Assembly: GCA_951406725.2 (NCBI GenBank)
Contig: OX597838.1
Coordinates: 620,001 to 684,000 of the forward strand
DNA length: 64,000 bases
From: Octopus vulgaris
Lineage: Eukaryota
Direction of reading: 5' to 3'
Positions 14,388 to 27,150 of this stretch are shown here, piece by piece. The position numbers were made by a program, and so were the translations under genes. The notes beneath the pieces are model-generated. The model worked only from the letters and a program-made list of their open reading frames with translations. It did not search any database and was not told where the DNA came from. How positions within the stretch are numbered: the first letter of the stretch is position 1; every line of letters begins with the position of its first letter.

Positions 14388-15409
14388 GCAATGCATATAA
14401 GTCATATACATAAATATACACAACATATATGTCTGTCTGTGTGTATACACACGCACCAGTTGAGCGTCCCTTTGTTGCCGGTTAATAGTCTGCCATCGTT
14501 GCATTTCGGTATGGAACACCCACAAATGCTGGACTTTCTCCTTTTTGACGGAAATTTCCCCTTTCACCCTTCCAAACGATAGTGGAAAGCTTTTTATAGA
14601 TAGAAAATTAAAAAAAGAAATTGAATATGCTTTCCTCACTTCCGCAATGATTTCATCCAACTTTTCTTCTTAAAAACAACAGGAGACACTTTTTCAGTAA
14701 AAAGAAAAAAAAAAGGAATTTTTCACCCCATCCCCTTCGCCTCTCAGTTCCGATTTTTGACAATTTTTGAAAATTTTATTTTACATTACGCACTTAAAAA
14801 AGATGGGGGAGCCTTAAAAGTTAATAAAAAAAATCTTGGTAATCGACTAGCTTCATTACAATTCACTTTTCCTTTGTTTTCAAACAGAATAGGAAATTCT
14901 AGTGAAACCTTTAAAAATTTCCTTCGACTTTGGAATTTTTTTCTTTATCACAGTTTCAAAACACGGACAATCCGAATCTGCCATTCGTTTCTGTTTATAA
15001 TTTCAGAATAATTTTCAGACCAAGAAGATGGATGATTTAAGAGAAGTTTAGCTGGTGTTTCTAGCACATCCCACGACCACCTGGTACTTAAATCGTTTCT
15101 TTGTCTCTCTGACATGTATTGATGTTTTTCAATATTTTCCCCCTCATAAACACATTTTATGGATCGATGATCGATGATGCGCTGGTCCATTGCTGGGATT
15201 TAAGCAACAGCAAAAAATTTGTTAACTTAAATTTTTAACGTCCACCTCACACCAAGCGAGTCTGTGTTTATGTGTATGTGTGTGAGAGAGAGAGAATGTG
15301 TGTGTATATTCAAAGGTGTGTGTATATTCAAAGTAATGTGTGTGTATATTCAAAGGTTGGCAGTTTCAGACCTGGTGGTAAGCCGATTACCTGGATCCCA
15401 CTGCTTCAC

Positions 15410-16340
15410 TAGTACGTACTTCCTCGACCCCGAAAGGAGGAAAAGACAAAGTCGACCTCGGCAGAATTTGAACTAGGGGCGAGGAGCTGGAAGAAATGTC
15501 GAAAAGCATTTTGTCCGAGGTGCTAACGATTTGGCCAAATTGCAGAGCTAATCATGGTGGTTCTTCCCACCATAGGCACAAGGCCTGAAATTTTGGAGGC
15601 GGGGGGAGGGGGCAAGTCGATTACATCGACTCGAAAGGATGAAAGGCAATATCGAACTTGGCGGAACTCAGAGCGAGTTCAAATTCTGCCGAGATCAACT
15701 TGCCTTTCATACTCCCGAGGTCGATAAAATAAGTATCAGTGAAACACTGGGGTCCATGTAATCAACTGGTCCCCACCCCCGAAATTTAAGGCCTTGTGCT
15801 TTTATTAGAAAATATTATTGTTATTATTATTATCATTATTATTATTAAGGCGGTGAGATGGCCGAATCGTTTGCGCGTCGGCAAAATTCTCAGCGGCATT
15901 TCGTCTGTTTTCGTGCTCTGAGTTCAAATTCCGCCAAGTTTGATATTTCATCCTTTAATAATAATATTAATAATCCTTTCTACTAAAGGCACAAGGCCTG
16001 ACATTTTGGGAGAGGGGACTAGTCGATTACACTGACCCCAGTATTTCACTGGTACTTAATTTATCAACTCCGAAAGAATAAAAGGCGAAGTCGACCTCGG
16101 CGAAATTTGAACTCAGAACGTAAAAACGGACGAAATGCCGCTAAGCATTTTGCCCGGCGTGCTAACGATTCTGCCACCTCGCCGCATTAATAATATTAAT
16201 AATAATAATAACAACAATAATAATTCTTTTCTTGTCTAGGCACAAGGCCCGAAATTTTGAGGAGGGGGCAGTCTATTAGATCGACCCTAGTACGCAACTG
16301 GTACTTATTTTATCAACCCCGAAAGTATGAAAGGCAAATA
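15410..16340. mobile_element. Cluster of about 6 SINE family B copies/fragments in mixed orientation
   Basis: Repeated GAGTTCAAATTC(C/T)GCCGAGGTCGACTTTGCCTTTCATCC motif: minus at ~15410-15545, 15570-15670, 15970-16185 and 16215-16340; plus at ~15670-15810 and 15848-15955; separated by (ATT)n tails. Confidence 0.85.
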
Positions 16341-16442
16341 TGTATTTTTATATGTATATACACAAATGCGCGCGCACATGCACGCATATGTTTCTCCTCG
16401 AATATGGACAAGCGTTTCTAGAGTAGATATGCAAATAAACAG

Positions 16443-16517
<75 letters not shown>

Positions 16518-16595
16518 CTGTGTGTGTGTGTATGTATGTATGTATGTATGTATGTGTGTATGTATGTATGTATGTATATATATATATATATATAT

Positions 16596-17648
16596 TTTTA
16601 TATATATAAAACTGAGAATGTGTGTCTGTCTGTCTGTCTGTTTGTGTGTTTCCCTAAAACTTGAGAACTACACAACCAATTTCATTCAAATTTTATACAT
16701 GCCTTACTTAGGGTCCATGTAGTTTCATGGGCAAAAAAAATGTTCAACTTCTTGCCTAGAGCGAGCCCATAGCAATATCATATCTTCTCCACTATTTCAG
16801 TATTATGTGTTAAAAGTGAAACAAAAATATTTCTCTATTTTATGTCAGATACTTTCACTTAAACAATAAAAATAATAATAACAATAGAATTATATGTAGT
16901 AAGTAATAATTAAAATCAAACTAAAGTATAATATAATCGTAACATAACAAAAGTAAAAATAGCAATTGGTATAAAATTGCATCAATGACTTGAACTTGAA
17001 TAAGTGGTTTCACATGAATGGGAATAAATTAAGAATAAAATTAGCGTTCAGAAATGGAATAGTCCAGATGGATAATAAAAAATTAAATTAAAGAAAAGAC
17101 TATTGTCTATAAAGTATACAATGTAGAGATAAAAGATTTGAACACATGGAGGAAAGCACCTTCGAAAAGTGTCTTGGTGCGACTATGAAAGATATCTAAT
17201 CAGAGGCAGTAAATTCGCCACAATAGAAGAAAGGTTCGAGTCAACGGAACGTGCAAGGGAGTAATCGACTCGAACTTGCAAAGTGTAAATATTTTATTTT
17301 TACCTTTATATATGGGACGTAGGATGTGTGGAAAAATTTTTTAATGCCCCCCCCCCCCCCGCCCCCAGAAGTAGAGGTAGGCTGGATTGTAGCCACACTT
17401 CTATACAAGAGGGAGGACAAGATACAATTGAACGAAATTACAAGAGACGGGCTAACAATTCCAGTCTGTTATATATTTTGAGTATTGTTATCACTAGCAA
17501 TATCAAGATATAACTGATATAACTTTGTATTTTGTATTTTATGTGTAGATGTATATATATAGATGTACATGTAATATGTACACATATATATACACATATA
17601 TACATGCACTAGCACTATGATCCGGCAACGACGGGTCTTTAATGCTAG
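16596..17648 (+). mobile_element. Non-autonomous Helitron-like element
   Basis: 5' TATATATAAAACTGAGAATGTGTGTCTGTCTG start typical of invertebrate non-autonomous Helitrons. 3' GC-rich hairpin CCGGCAACGACGGG followed by CTAG|T (17645-17648). A possible earlier 3' end lies at ~17446-17464. Confidence 0.7.
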
Positions 17649-17679
<31 letters not shown>

Positions 17680-18264
17680 ATGTAATAACCATTAAAAGTG
17701 TGCAAAAGTAGTAATCATTCTGTATCGCAATCCATGTGCCTCTCCTTTCTGTGCCTGCTGATGATGGCTTTATATGCATGCATAATTTATCAGAACTATA
17801 AGTCAATATCCAAGAAGAAAATAGAACAAAAGATGGGAGGGCCACAGAATCTAATACTTCGTGTTTCACCTGACATTTCATATAATTCATTGATGTCTTA
17901 ATATGATATTACTTTGGAAATTTAATTATTAACCTTCGTTGAGCTTTTTGATGACCTTTGCACAATGGAATATTCTCGTACATATAAACATGCATACATG
18001 CTCACACAAACACCACATACACACACACACACATAAAACATGCATGCATACATACATACATACATACATACATACATACATACATACATACATACACATA
18101 TATATATATATATATTAGATAGAAATAAATATATCCACAAACATAGAAGCTAAATCATATACATACAGATACACACATATATATACATGCTTATATCTCT
18201 CCTTCTCTCTCTTTATATATACATATATAAATGAATATATGCATTGTATGCGTATGTCCCCCAC

Positions 18265-18314
<50 letters not shown>

Positions 18315-18316
<2 letters not shown>

Positions 18317-18505
18317 GGAAAGTTTACGAAAATAAACAAAAGACGAAGGCAGGTGAAGTACAAACAAACAAATGTATTAGTATAGCGCTCAGGAATAGAA
18401 AAAGTCTTTTACGTTTCGAGCCTACGATCTTCGACAGAAAAATACACAGAAAAAAACAAGGAGAGAAAAAAATGCGTGTAGGAGCTAACGATCTATCATG
18501 GCGTT
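18315..18505 (-). mobile_element. Short Penelope-terminus-like element family C with hammerhead-like motif
   Basis: Reverse complement of the copies at 21752, 59620 and 62690. Minus strand TTTTT CTGTCGA A GATC GTAG GCTC GAAAC GTA AAAGA; abuts (TA)n. Confidence 0.65.
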
Positions 18506-18569
18506 GCATGATTCCTGATAAGAAATCGTGTGTTGAAACAGATATTGTTGTTTTTCGGGATGGTCAATA

Positions 18570-18865
18570 TTATTTTTCTTCACTCATTTATTACTGTTCT
18601 TATTTTATCATTTTAACTCATGTCCATTGTCCGGAAATCTTTCGTCACACATCTGTGTCCTCTTCAGCGACACTTTTCGTTTCCGTGCGTGTTCTCGTTC
18701 CACTTACTCCATTCTGTTCTAAGATGTGGCAATTGGAACAAGAACACACACAGAAACGAAAAGTGTCGCTGAAGAGGTCACAGACGTGTGACGAAAGAAT
18801 TCCGGACAATGGACATAAGTTAAAATGATAAAATAAGAACAGTAATGAACAAGTCAAGAAAAAAT
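18570..18865. repeat. Long inverted repeat (~130 bp arms, ~31 nt spacer) with a hammerhead motif in each arm
   Basis: Left arm ~18570-18702 is the reverse complement of right arm ~18734-18865, e.g. TGTCCATTGTCCGGAA/TTCCGGACAATGGACA and CTCTTCAGCGACACTTTTCGTTTC/GAAACGAAAAGTGTCGCTGAAGAG. Confidence 0.9.
18764..18808 (+). ncRNA. Type I minimal hammerhead ribozyme candidate
   Basis: TGTCG CTGAAGA G GTCACA-GACG-TGTGAC GAAA GAA TTC CGGACA: intact CUGANGA/GAAA core, perfect 6-bp stem II, palindromic GAATTC at stem III, stem I TGTCG/CG(G)ACA. Confidence 0.65.
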
Positions 18866-18880
18866 ATATAGTGCGTATGT

Positions 18881-18924
<44 letters not shown>

Positions 18925-20093
18925 TTATGTATAGATGTTTTATGGTTTTTATATCCATATATGCATATACATAACTTCTAAACATGCAATTACGTACCAC
19001 CTCCATAAACAAATATTTACACATTCAGTGTATATACACTTGCATTATATATACACATGGATAAGAACAATTATATGAGTGTGTGTGTGCGTGTGCGTAT
19101 GCTTTTGTGTGTGTGTGTATATGACTTATGACTGAGAGGAAAGTTGGGTGTGCGTATGGTGACCATGATCACACACACACACACACAAAGAGAGAGACGC
19201 ATGCTCAGGCATGAAACATATACACACGTGCATAAATAAGTGAAAGCGACAAGTTAGAAAATGAAAGTGAAACTAGACTCCTGTAGTGGTGGGAAAACGT
19301 CGTTATTGGATGCAGCTTGCTTAATAAATACATACATACGTACAAACTCATGCACACACAAACACACACACACACAAAGACACACACATATTTAAGGAGG
19401 CAAATCGGTGATATCTATGTGTATCGGTATTATGTGTGTGTGTGTGTGTTTGTGTGTGACCATTTTCCTATCACCTCACAGTTGCTATCTTTTGTATCTG
19501 CGCTGTATGTGTAAGTGTGTGTGTGTGTGCGCGCGTCGATATACTCATCGTACCAGTGATGTTCTATGTAATTTTGTAAATATGGAGAGGATTATGTTTA
19601 TTTAAACACACACACACACACACACATCTTGTAAGTGTTCATAAAACTCTCTCTATATGTCCTCATGTAGCTGTGTTTTTTATGTAAAAATATTTTGGTG
19701 TGTCGATGGTGTAATAGACTCCGAATTCTCGCTCTCTTACTCTCTCTCTCTCTCCCTCTCTCTTTCTATGTATACACACACACACACACACTGAGTACAC
19801 CATACATGAGAAGAAATCAAATAATCATACACACGCATATATAAACATCTGCTACATATACACACTTATATATATGTATATGTACATATATATACATATG
19901 CATATATGTGTGTATGTGCATGTATGTGCATATATATATGTATGTATATAAAATGTGCATATATACATATATATGTATGTATATAAAATGTGCATATGTA
20001 TGTATATAAAATGTGTATACATACATATATATGTGTGTAAATGTATGTATGTATACATTAATATATGTGTCCATGCATGTATATATATTGAAC

Positions 20094-20146
<53 letters not shown>

Positions 20147-20182
20147 AACATACACAAACATACCCACACATACATACATACA

Positions 20183-20217
<35 letters not shown>

Positions 20218-20581
20218 TTGCTTCTGTGCGTGTAAAACTTGATCAGTATATATTTTGTATATATTTTTATACATTTTCACATCAGACTGAGTTATTCAGA
20301 TATATAGAAGCGTTTCGTTGTTTCGATCATGGCTGCTAGCCACCACATCCTCACTCTCCTCACCCGAATTACACCCGACCCCCACTCTTTTCAATCTTCA
20401 CTACACCCCCATCGACGCCGCCGCCACAATCAACATCAAAATGTCACCTGAAGAAACTGTAGGATGTTGTTTCATTTGCTAGAAAGAGCAGCTAAATCTG
20501 CTTTAAGTTACTTCTTACGGTTTGACACATTCGGTCTTGTGATCCGGGGTACGCATTGCCTTAAAATTATATCGATTCTGG

Positions 20582-21052
20582 TCAGTTGTAGCTTGGGCGG
20601 CTGTGACAGCCACTGGAAGGTCTCACTTTGTTTTTGTGCCCTCGGGTGTGAAAATTAACACCCAGCGATGCATTAACGGAATTCTGGGAGATGAACTGCT
20701 TCCATCTGCAAACGAGAACTTTCAAGGTGCGCCTTGGGGCCTCCAACAGGACTCGGTACCATCCCACAGCTCGAAACAGACACAACATCGGGTTCAGAAA
20801 AATATTCCGTCGTTTACAGGCAAGGATGTGTGGCCCTCAAGAAGTTCCGATCTCAACCCGTTGGATTTTTCTGTTTGGTCCATTTTGGACACAAGAGTCT
20901 TGAGCACTCTTCATGCTACGCTCGACGCCCGGAAGGCAAAACTGGGCTAGAAATGGGCTTCGATTCCACAAGAACAGCTGCGTTTTGCGTGTGAAGCATC
21001 CGCACTTAGACTTAAGGTTGTGATTCGAAACAGAGGTGGTCTTATCGAATAG
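20582..21052 (+). mobile_element. Tc1/mariner superfamily maT (DD37D) transposase C-terminal fragment, decayed
   Basis: ...GVKIN...LQQDSVPSH...WPSRSSDLNPLDFSVWSIL...; 37 residues between the QQD and PLD aspartates. In-frame stop at 20948-20950, then KWASIP...RGGLIE*. Confidence 0.9.
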
Positions 21053-21173
21053 ATGTGATAATGTCATAATTGTGTTTCCTTTACCATTGCATTGCAACGC
21101 TCGGACCCGAAATATAACAATATTTTGCCTAGATAACATTGGTAAAAGTTAGTTGTCTTATATATATATATAC

Positions 21174-21735
21174 ACGAGCAAAACGCCCCCCCCCCCCCCC
21201 GTCCAATGGACGGTGCTGAATCATATCTGCTGAATAAAAAGCAATCAGTGTTTTCTTTTCATTAAAAAACAATTAAGCATGCCTTTATTTTAATAAAGTT
21301 TTTTGTTTTGTTAAATGAAGTTAAAGCAAAAAAAAAAAGACTTCTTGAGAAACCAAATAGTCTTTCCTTCCTTCATGGCAAGTTTGAAGAAAATATCTCT
21401 TTTGCATCTTACTTTTTTGGTCTTTTAAATATACTGCATTTTGTGGCATTATTTCAAGGCAGCCGGCTTTTTTTGCGCAAACTGCACGTGCATTTTACTC
21501 GCGTACGCGTAGTATCGATCTCAACAGCTGATGTACTTGCGCGTACAAATGCACGTTCCCACGGCTTTATCGGTCGCATTCTCACCTGGAATTGATTTTT
21601 TGTAATTTTTTCAAGACTTATACACGCTCTGATACCGTCGGTATCTACATATCAATTTTGAGCGCAATCGGATAGAGGATGCCCGATATTCTAGAAGACA
21701 CACAGACAGACAGACAGAACACATTTTATATAATA
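21174..21735 (-). mobile_element. Non-autonomous Helitron-like element
   Basis: Minus strand starts ATTATATAAAATGTGTTCTGTCTGTCTG and ends with hairpin CCGTCC-ATT-GGACGG (21199-21213) followed by CTCG|T. Confidence 0.65.
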
Positions 21736-21751
21736 TATATATATATATATA

Positions 21752-21890
21752 TTTCCTCTCATCCTTTTCTGTTGAAGAGCGTAGGCTCGAAACGTCAAAG
21801 GCTTTTCCATTCTTCCCGAGCGTCAAACTAATACACCGGCTTGTTGTTCCCTCACCTGTTTTCTTTTGTTTTCTGTAAATTTGAACTATA
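21752..21890 (+). mobile_element. Family C element with hammerhead-like motif
   Basis: CCTTTT CTGTTGA A GAGC-GTAG-GCTC GAAAC GTC AAAGG (21763-21801), then TTCCCGAGCGTCAAACTAATACA...; flanked by (TA)n and (TG)n. Confidence 0.7.
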
Positions 21891-22742
21891 TGTGTGTGTG
21901 TGTGTGTGTGTGCATGTATGTATATATGTATGTATATATAGTATATTTTGTGTGTACAAATAGATGCACGATTACCAGATTTATGTTTAGAGCTTTACGT
22001 AGATTATCCCGCCTCAATCTGTTTCTAGTCTAATGGAATACTAGTAGCACTTAGTAGTAATACTAGTTATGAAATACAGACCAAATGTAGGACAAATCAT
22101 TAGTTCCAACGTACGTTTCACCATTATGGTCGCTTGGAACCCTCCATTTGTTGTTTCTAGTCTATTGGGATGACTGACCAGAATAAACCAAGGAACACTT
22201 TATTGCAATAAGTTACAGAGAACTCATGTCGTTATATATATTTGTTTATTCTTGTTGTTGTTGTCGAAATTACCTTTCTCTTTCTCTCTTTCTCTCTTTT
22301 TTCTCTCTTCTTAGTTTCCCCTCCAATACTTTCTTTTTTTCTTTCATTATTCTTTGTCTTCTCTGTCTCTCTTTCGTTCTCTTCCTCTCTCCTGTTTCTT
22401 TTTGTTCATTTTTTCTTTTTTTTCCCCCTCTCCTGCCAATTGCTTTCCTTCAATTTCCCCTTCAAAATACTTACGAAATGCCCCTACCCAACCTGACAAA
22501 ATATCGTTTGTTTTGCCTGTTTTCAAATAATCAAATTTTTGTGCCACAAAGAGGTTGGATTCCAACTACTAACGTCCAGAGCCAGTTTACCATTGGCTGG
22601 TTTTCTTTTGCTCCTATCAAATGACGAACCAAATTTCAGCTACCGAGCAGGGTCAGCTGCTTCGGCGAATTACTGGTATATCATGTCACATTTTATGTCA
22701 CATATCAAATAGACTTTTACAATACAAAAACTATTACAAAAT

Positions 22743-22808
22743 ACCAAATGATTACCAAATGATTACCAAATGATTACCAAATGATTACCAAATGATTACC
22801 AAATGATT
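22743..22808. repeat. 11-bp tandem repeat (ACCAAATGATT)x6
   Basis: Directly visible perfect array. Confidence 0.95.
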
Positions 22809-23027
22809 CCAAGACGAAGCAAATGAAGAAATATTTGTGTTCTGACACGTGACAAGGTCTATCGACTGACCTTGTTTTGAGTTGCCACTCACCTCTGACC
22901 TCAATGTATTATGTGGTTATTGTTGAGCCCTAAGTCATCGGGATTGGGTACACATTCTAGATATAACCGTCCCAGACATTGTGTATCTAGAACTACATAC
23001 AATGAGTCCTTCCGTTTTTAAAGCAGT

Positions 23028-23097
23028 AAGGTGTGATCTGAGAGAGATTTAGCTGCTAATTCTCGCAGAATAATCGATTCCATAGACGCCCTATCAA
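23028..23097 (+). mobile_element. Old dispersed repeat family E (GATTTGGCTGCTATTTCTAG motif)
   Basis: Related segments at ~20475-20510(-), 24070-24225(-), 25090-25265(-), 56177-56240(+), 61545-61605(+) and 62950-63160(+). Confidence 0.55.
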
Positions 23098-24839
23098 TGG
23101 TGGTGTTTTTTATTGATGAAGACTACCACTTATGAAGTGTCCTTGTGTGTAGCGTGGGCGGATATTTCATTATCTGAATATTTGCGCGAAAAGTTCCGCC
23201 AAATTCAGACACAAAACAACCAACAACCCGGATAGAAAGTAAAAGTCGCTTATTCGCGGCCTTAGATATTTCATGGGGGATGGGCATCCCTGGATAGATT
23301 GTATTTTAATTATGATTTCCCTTTCATGCCTTTACTCTTTGTTTTTATTGATGAAAAATGGTTTTTGAACATTTGATCGATACAAAACACACTGGTTTGG
23401 TAAATAAATGAGGTTCAGTTTTTTTATTTTTCAAGTCTAAGACCAAAAGGTTTGTGACTCTTATTAGGACCTTTGGGAAAATGATAGGAATTCATCCTGA
23501 GGGAGGAGACTGGGTGGTGGTGGTGGTGGTGGTGTTGGGTGTTGGGGTGGTAATCCAAGTGATTGATTAACTGTAGCAGCCGACATCAGAAACGTTGCCC
23601 TTCAACAGGCTTCCACACAGTTTCCGTCTATCAAAGCTTCTCTCCCAAGCTTTTTGGTCGAGAAGTAAAATGGCTCCACGCTGAACCTCAAGAATAAAGT
23701 TTCTCTACATAGTGTGTAGAAAAGCAGACAATCCTCATCACACTTTCCTTAAGCGAGTTACTCCCTTCCTTAGTCCACATTGATAAGAAAAAGGTACAAA
23801 TTCACTAAATTTGTAAATAAAAGGTCTGCATTGTAAATAAAATTGTAAATGAATTGTGAATAAAAGATCTACACAAACAACAGATAAACGGACGAGTAAA
23901 GAGGATTAGGAAATCATTAAAAGGTTTAAAGAGTAAAACGATGAGTTATTTCCTCTGGCTTCGCAAATTGACAATCCTTCTCTGTAATCCATTGACGTCG
24001 ATCTAAGTGAAGGGAAGGACTTTATTGTAGACAATTACTTTTGTCCCCGATCATTAAACAGCCTGTATATGGTCGCTCGCCTTTCCAGAAATAGCAGCTA
24101 TATCTTCTTCAAATTATACTCTATCGTCTTGGACCAGTATGCATTCTGTGGACAAATGAGGTGGTCACTATTGGATTAACTTAGCTCATAGGTCTGCCTG
24201 ATGAAGGTTGACTCAGGGTTAGAAACTTCAACGATCGCACAATTTTCACTAAACAAAAAGCTATTGAATTTATAAATGGTTTTGCAAACCCTGGAACCAG
24301 GTGGATTTCTGGTGCAGGTCATGGAATCCTGCAAGTGTAGTCTTTGTGAATCCCCGAAAATAGTGAGTTTAAGTTATTTTGATATTCGACGATATCCTAA
24401 ATGCTGAAAGAATTAATTCTAACATCAATCCATGAAAGAGGTGATATCAGGTAAACAACTACAGACCCTTATATTGGATCAATCAATCAATCAATCAATC
24501 ATGTTGAATGGCGAAGAGAAAAACGAAATTGCTTCAAACTAGCCTATTCAATTCCTGAAGATAAAATTACTGGAAATTCTTCATGATGATCCAAAACTTT
24601 AAACATCATCATCTCATCTGGATCACCGTTTCATTCCGAAAATTTGAATTTGAAAAGAAAACTAAAACTTTGTCAATTCAAAGAATAGCATTTAACGTGA
24701 GGAAATGAAAGATCTGGACAAAAAAAGTAAAATAAAAAAAAAAGCTGAAGTTAAAAATATTTTGGTCAAAGATTCTTTTAAAGAATCGGTTAACAGTAAA
24801 GACTTACGAATATTTTTATAAATCTCCATCACAAATACT

Positions 24840-25052
24840 GATTTCAAAATTTTGGCAAAGGACCAGGAATTTTGGGGGCGGTGGTGTAAATCGATTAGAT
24901 CGATCCCAGTGCTCAACTGGTAATTATTTCATCGACCTAGAAACGGTTGAAAGGCAAAGTCAACCTTGGCGGAATTTGAACTCAGAACGGATGAAATGCC
25001 GCTAAACATTTCGCCCAGCAGCGGGGCCAGTGATTCTGCCAGCTCGCCGCCT
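24840..25052 (-). mobile_element. SINE family B copy
   Basis: GAAAGGCAAAGTCAACCTTGGCGGAATTTGAACTCAGAACG...TTCTGCCAGCTCGCCGCC is the reverse complement of the family B head and core. Confidence 0.85.
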
Positions 25053-26221
25053 TATCCATTACAAATATTAATACAAGAGGAATCCTCTAAGCAGCCTCTC
25101 CACCTTCCAGAATCAGTTGCCAAATCCTTTCAAATCGCCAAAATGCAAAATGGGAAAAGCACATTTGCTAATGTATTTCTAAGTAAATCTTTAAAAATAA
25201 TGATTCCGGAACGTCTTTGATCATAAATTTGCATGATCAGGGCTGACCCGGGGCTAAACAACAACAGAAATGAACAAGATTAAAGTGTCCTCCAAATCAT
25301 AACAATAGGTTGTAGTCAACAATGATGTTATTGCTATTAGATCCGGGTTGGAAGGTAGGGTTTCAAAACCGGGCCACTCTGACGAAATGAATTGTCAGTT
25401 AAGAGTAATTAAAACCTAAAAAAACGAAAACATTAAGAAAATGAGGTCAAGAGGATGTTTATGTTTTTCTTGAAAATTTTAATATTTTTCACCAGGAAAA
25501 AAAAATAACAACTACGTAATTTATTAATTTATTCATTAACCTATATGTAAATAATTACTGTAATTAGATATGTCCATTAATTACTGTAGAAAGAAGGATT
25601 TCTAACTTAGGAAAAGGATCACAGGGTTTGGGATAGGGACCAAACAATTATAGGGGCCCCTAGCATTTGACTGATATAGAATTTTATTAAATCCTGGAAG
25701 AAAGATAAAACATGAAGTCACTGATGGTGGGATTTGAACTCGGAATCAAAATGTTGTATTAAACACAACATAGAATTTTTGGATCTCTCTATCTCTACCA
25801 TTGGCCCAGGATGGTACATTTTGGGAGAAAAATATAATTGATCGGATATTATGAATCCGAGGGGTGGGACTGAAGCTAATCATCACAGAAAGGTTTCATT
25901 TGAATAAAAGCAAGATCAGGGTTTAAAATATCGGGAAGAGGAATGAGTCATGTTCCCGATGGTCCTTAGATCAAATCTGGATTGAACTGGGAATTTAAAA
26001 AAGTTCAGCTAGGGCTTTGCCGGTTCTAAAAAAAGATTTATTATTATTATTTTTTTAATTAGGAAATGTTTATCCATGTTTTGACCTTGAAACAAACCAT
26101 ATCGACCCCCACATCATTTCACCATTCCACCACCACCACCACTATACATGACACTACAACGACAACAACAATGACAGCATCTATGACAACGAAAAACAAC
26201 AATAACTGCAACAACAGAAAT

Positions 26222-26442
26222 AACAGTCCTTTCTACTGGAAGCACAAAGTCTCAAATTTGGGGAAAGGGATTAAGTCGATTACATCGACCCCAGTACGTA
26301 ACTGGTACTTAATTCATCGACCTCGAAAGGATGAAAGGCAAAGTCGATCTCGGCGGAATTTGAACTCAGAACGTAGCGAAGGGCGAAATACCGCTAAGCA
26401 TTTCGTCCAGCGCGCTAACGATTCTGCCAGATCGCCAGCTTC
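26222..26442 (-). mobile_element. SINE family B copy
   Basis: GGATGAAAGGCAAAGTCGATCTCGGCGGAATTTGAACTCAGAACG...CTAACGATTCTGCCAG. Confidence 0.85.
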
Positions 26443-26490
<48 letters not shown>

Positions 26491-26491
<1 letters not shown>

Positions 26492-26993
26492 GGAATTGTT
26501 ATCATGTACATTGTTTTGTCTTGGTATAAAAGATGGGCTACAGCAAATATTTTGCTCAATACCACAGATTTGCTTGTCAGTTGTTTGACCTTAACCAGTT
26601 GAGCATGTCCCTTAGTGGCTGACGATATGTGCATCTCTGATCACGAGCAGAAGTAGTGGGGGAGCATCACAGCCATGTGTTTGAGAGGGATTCTTTGGGG
26701 TTTGAATAATTCACCTCTAGAAGCATGGGTGGTTCTTTCAACATCCTTAAACAACCCTTATTCAGGGACCTTTTGAGCGGGATGGGCTACTCAACCTGAA
26801 GAAAATTCTAACTGGGCCCCACCTGCAAGGTCATGTGCTGTTTATCTTGATATGAGATCACCATGTCGCGCACATATGGTTGTGATGCATATGCCTGGTG
26901 TACCCTTATCAGACGGGTAGTCATGATGGGTATATTAGGCTTCGTATATTTTACCCCAGTGTCACTTTGATGGCATGAACTGCTCTCTCACTC
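26491..26993. mobile_element. ~500 bp insertion flanked on both sides by (AAT)n; probable 3' portion of a microsatellite-targeting retroelement
   Basis: Complex, higher-GC block with sharp borders between (AAT)n arrays at 26443-26490 and 26994-27058. Family assignment is inference. Confidence 0.5.
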
Positions 26994-27043
<50 letters not shown>

Positions 27044-27128
27044 TAATAATAATAATAATTGGGTGTGGAAGAAATCACAAGAGAACTGGAAAAGAAAAAC
27101 CAAGCAGTCTTTTCCAACAGTCTAATCC

Positions 27129-27150
27129 AGGCATCGGCAAACTATGGCAG
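27129..27150 (+). mobile_element. hAT/MITE-like terminal sequence
   Basis: CAGGCATCGGCAAACTATGGC resembles CAG..GTCGGCAAACT hAT termini; no partner end identified. Confidence 0.3.
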
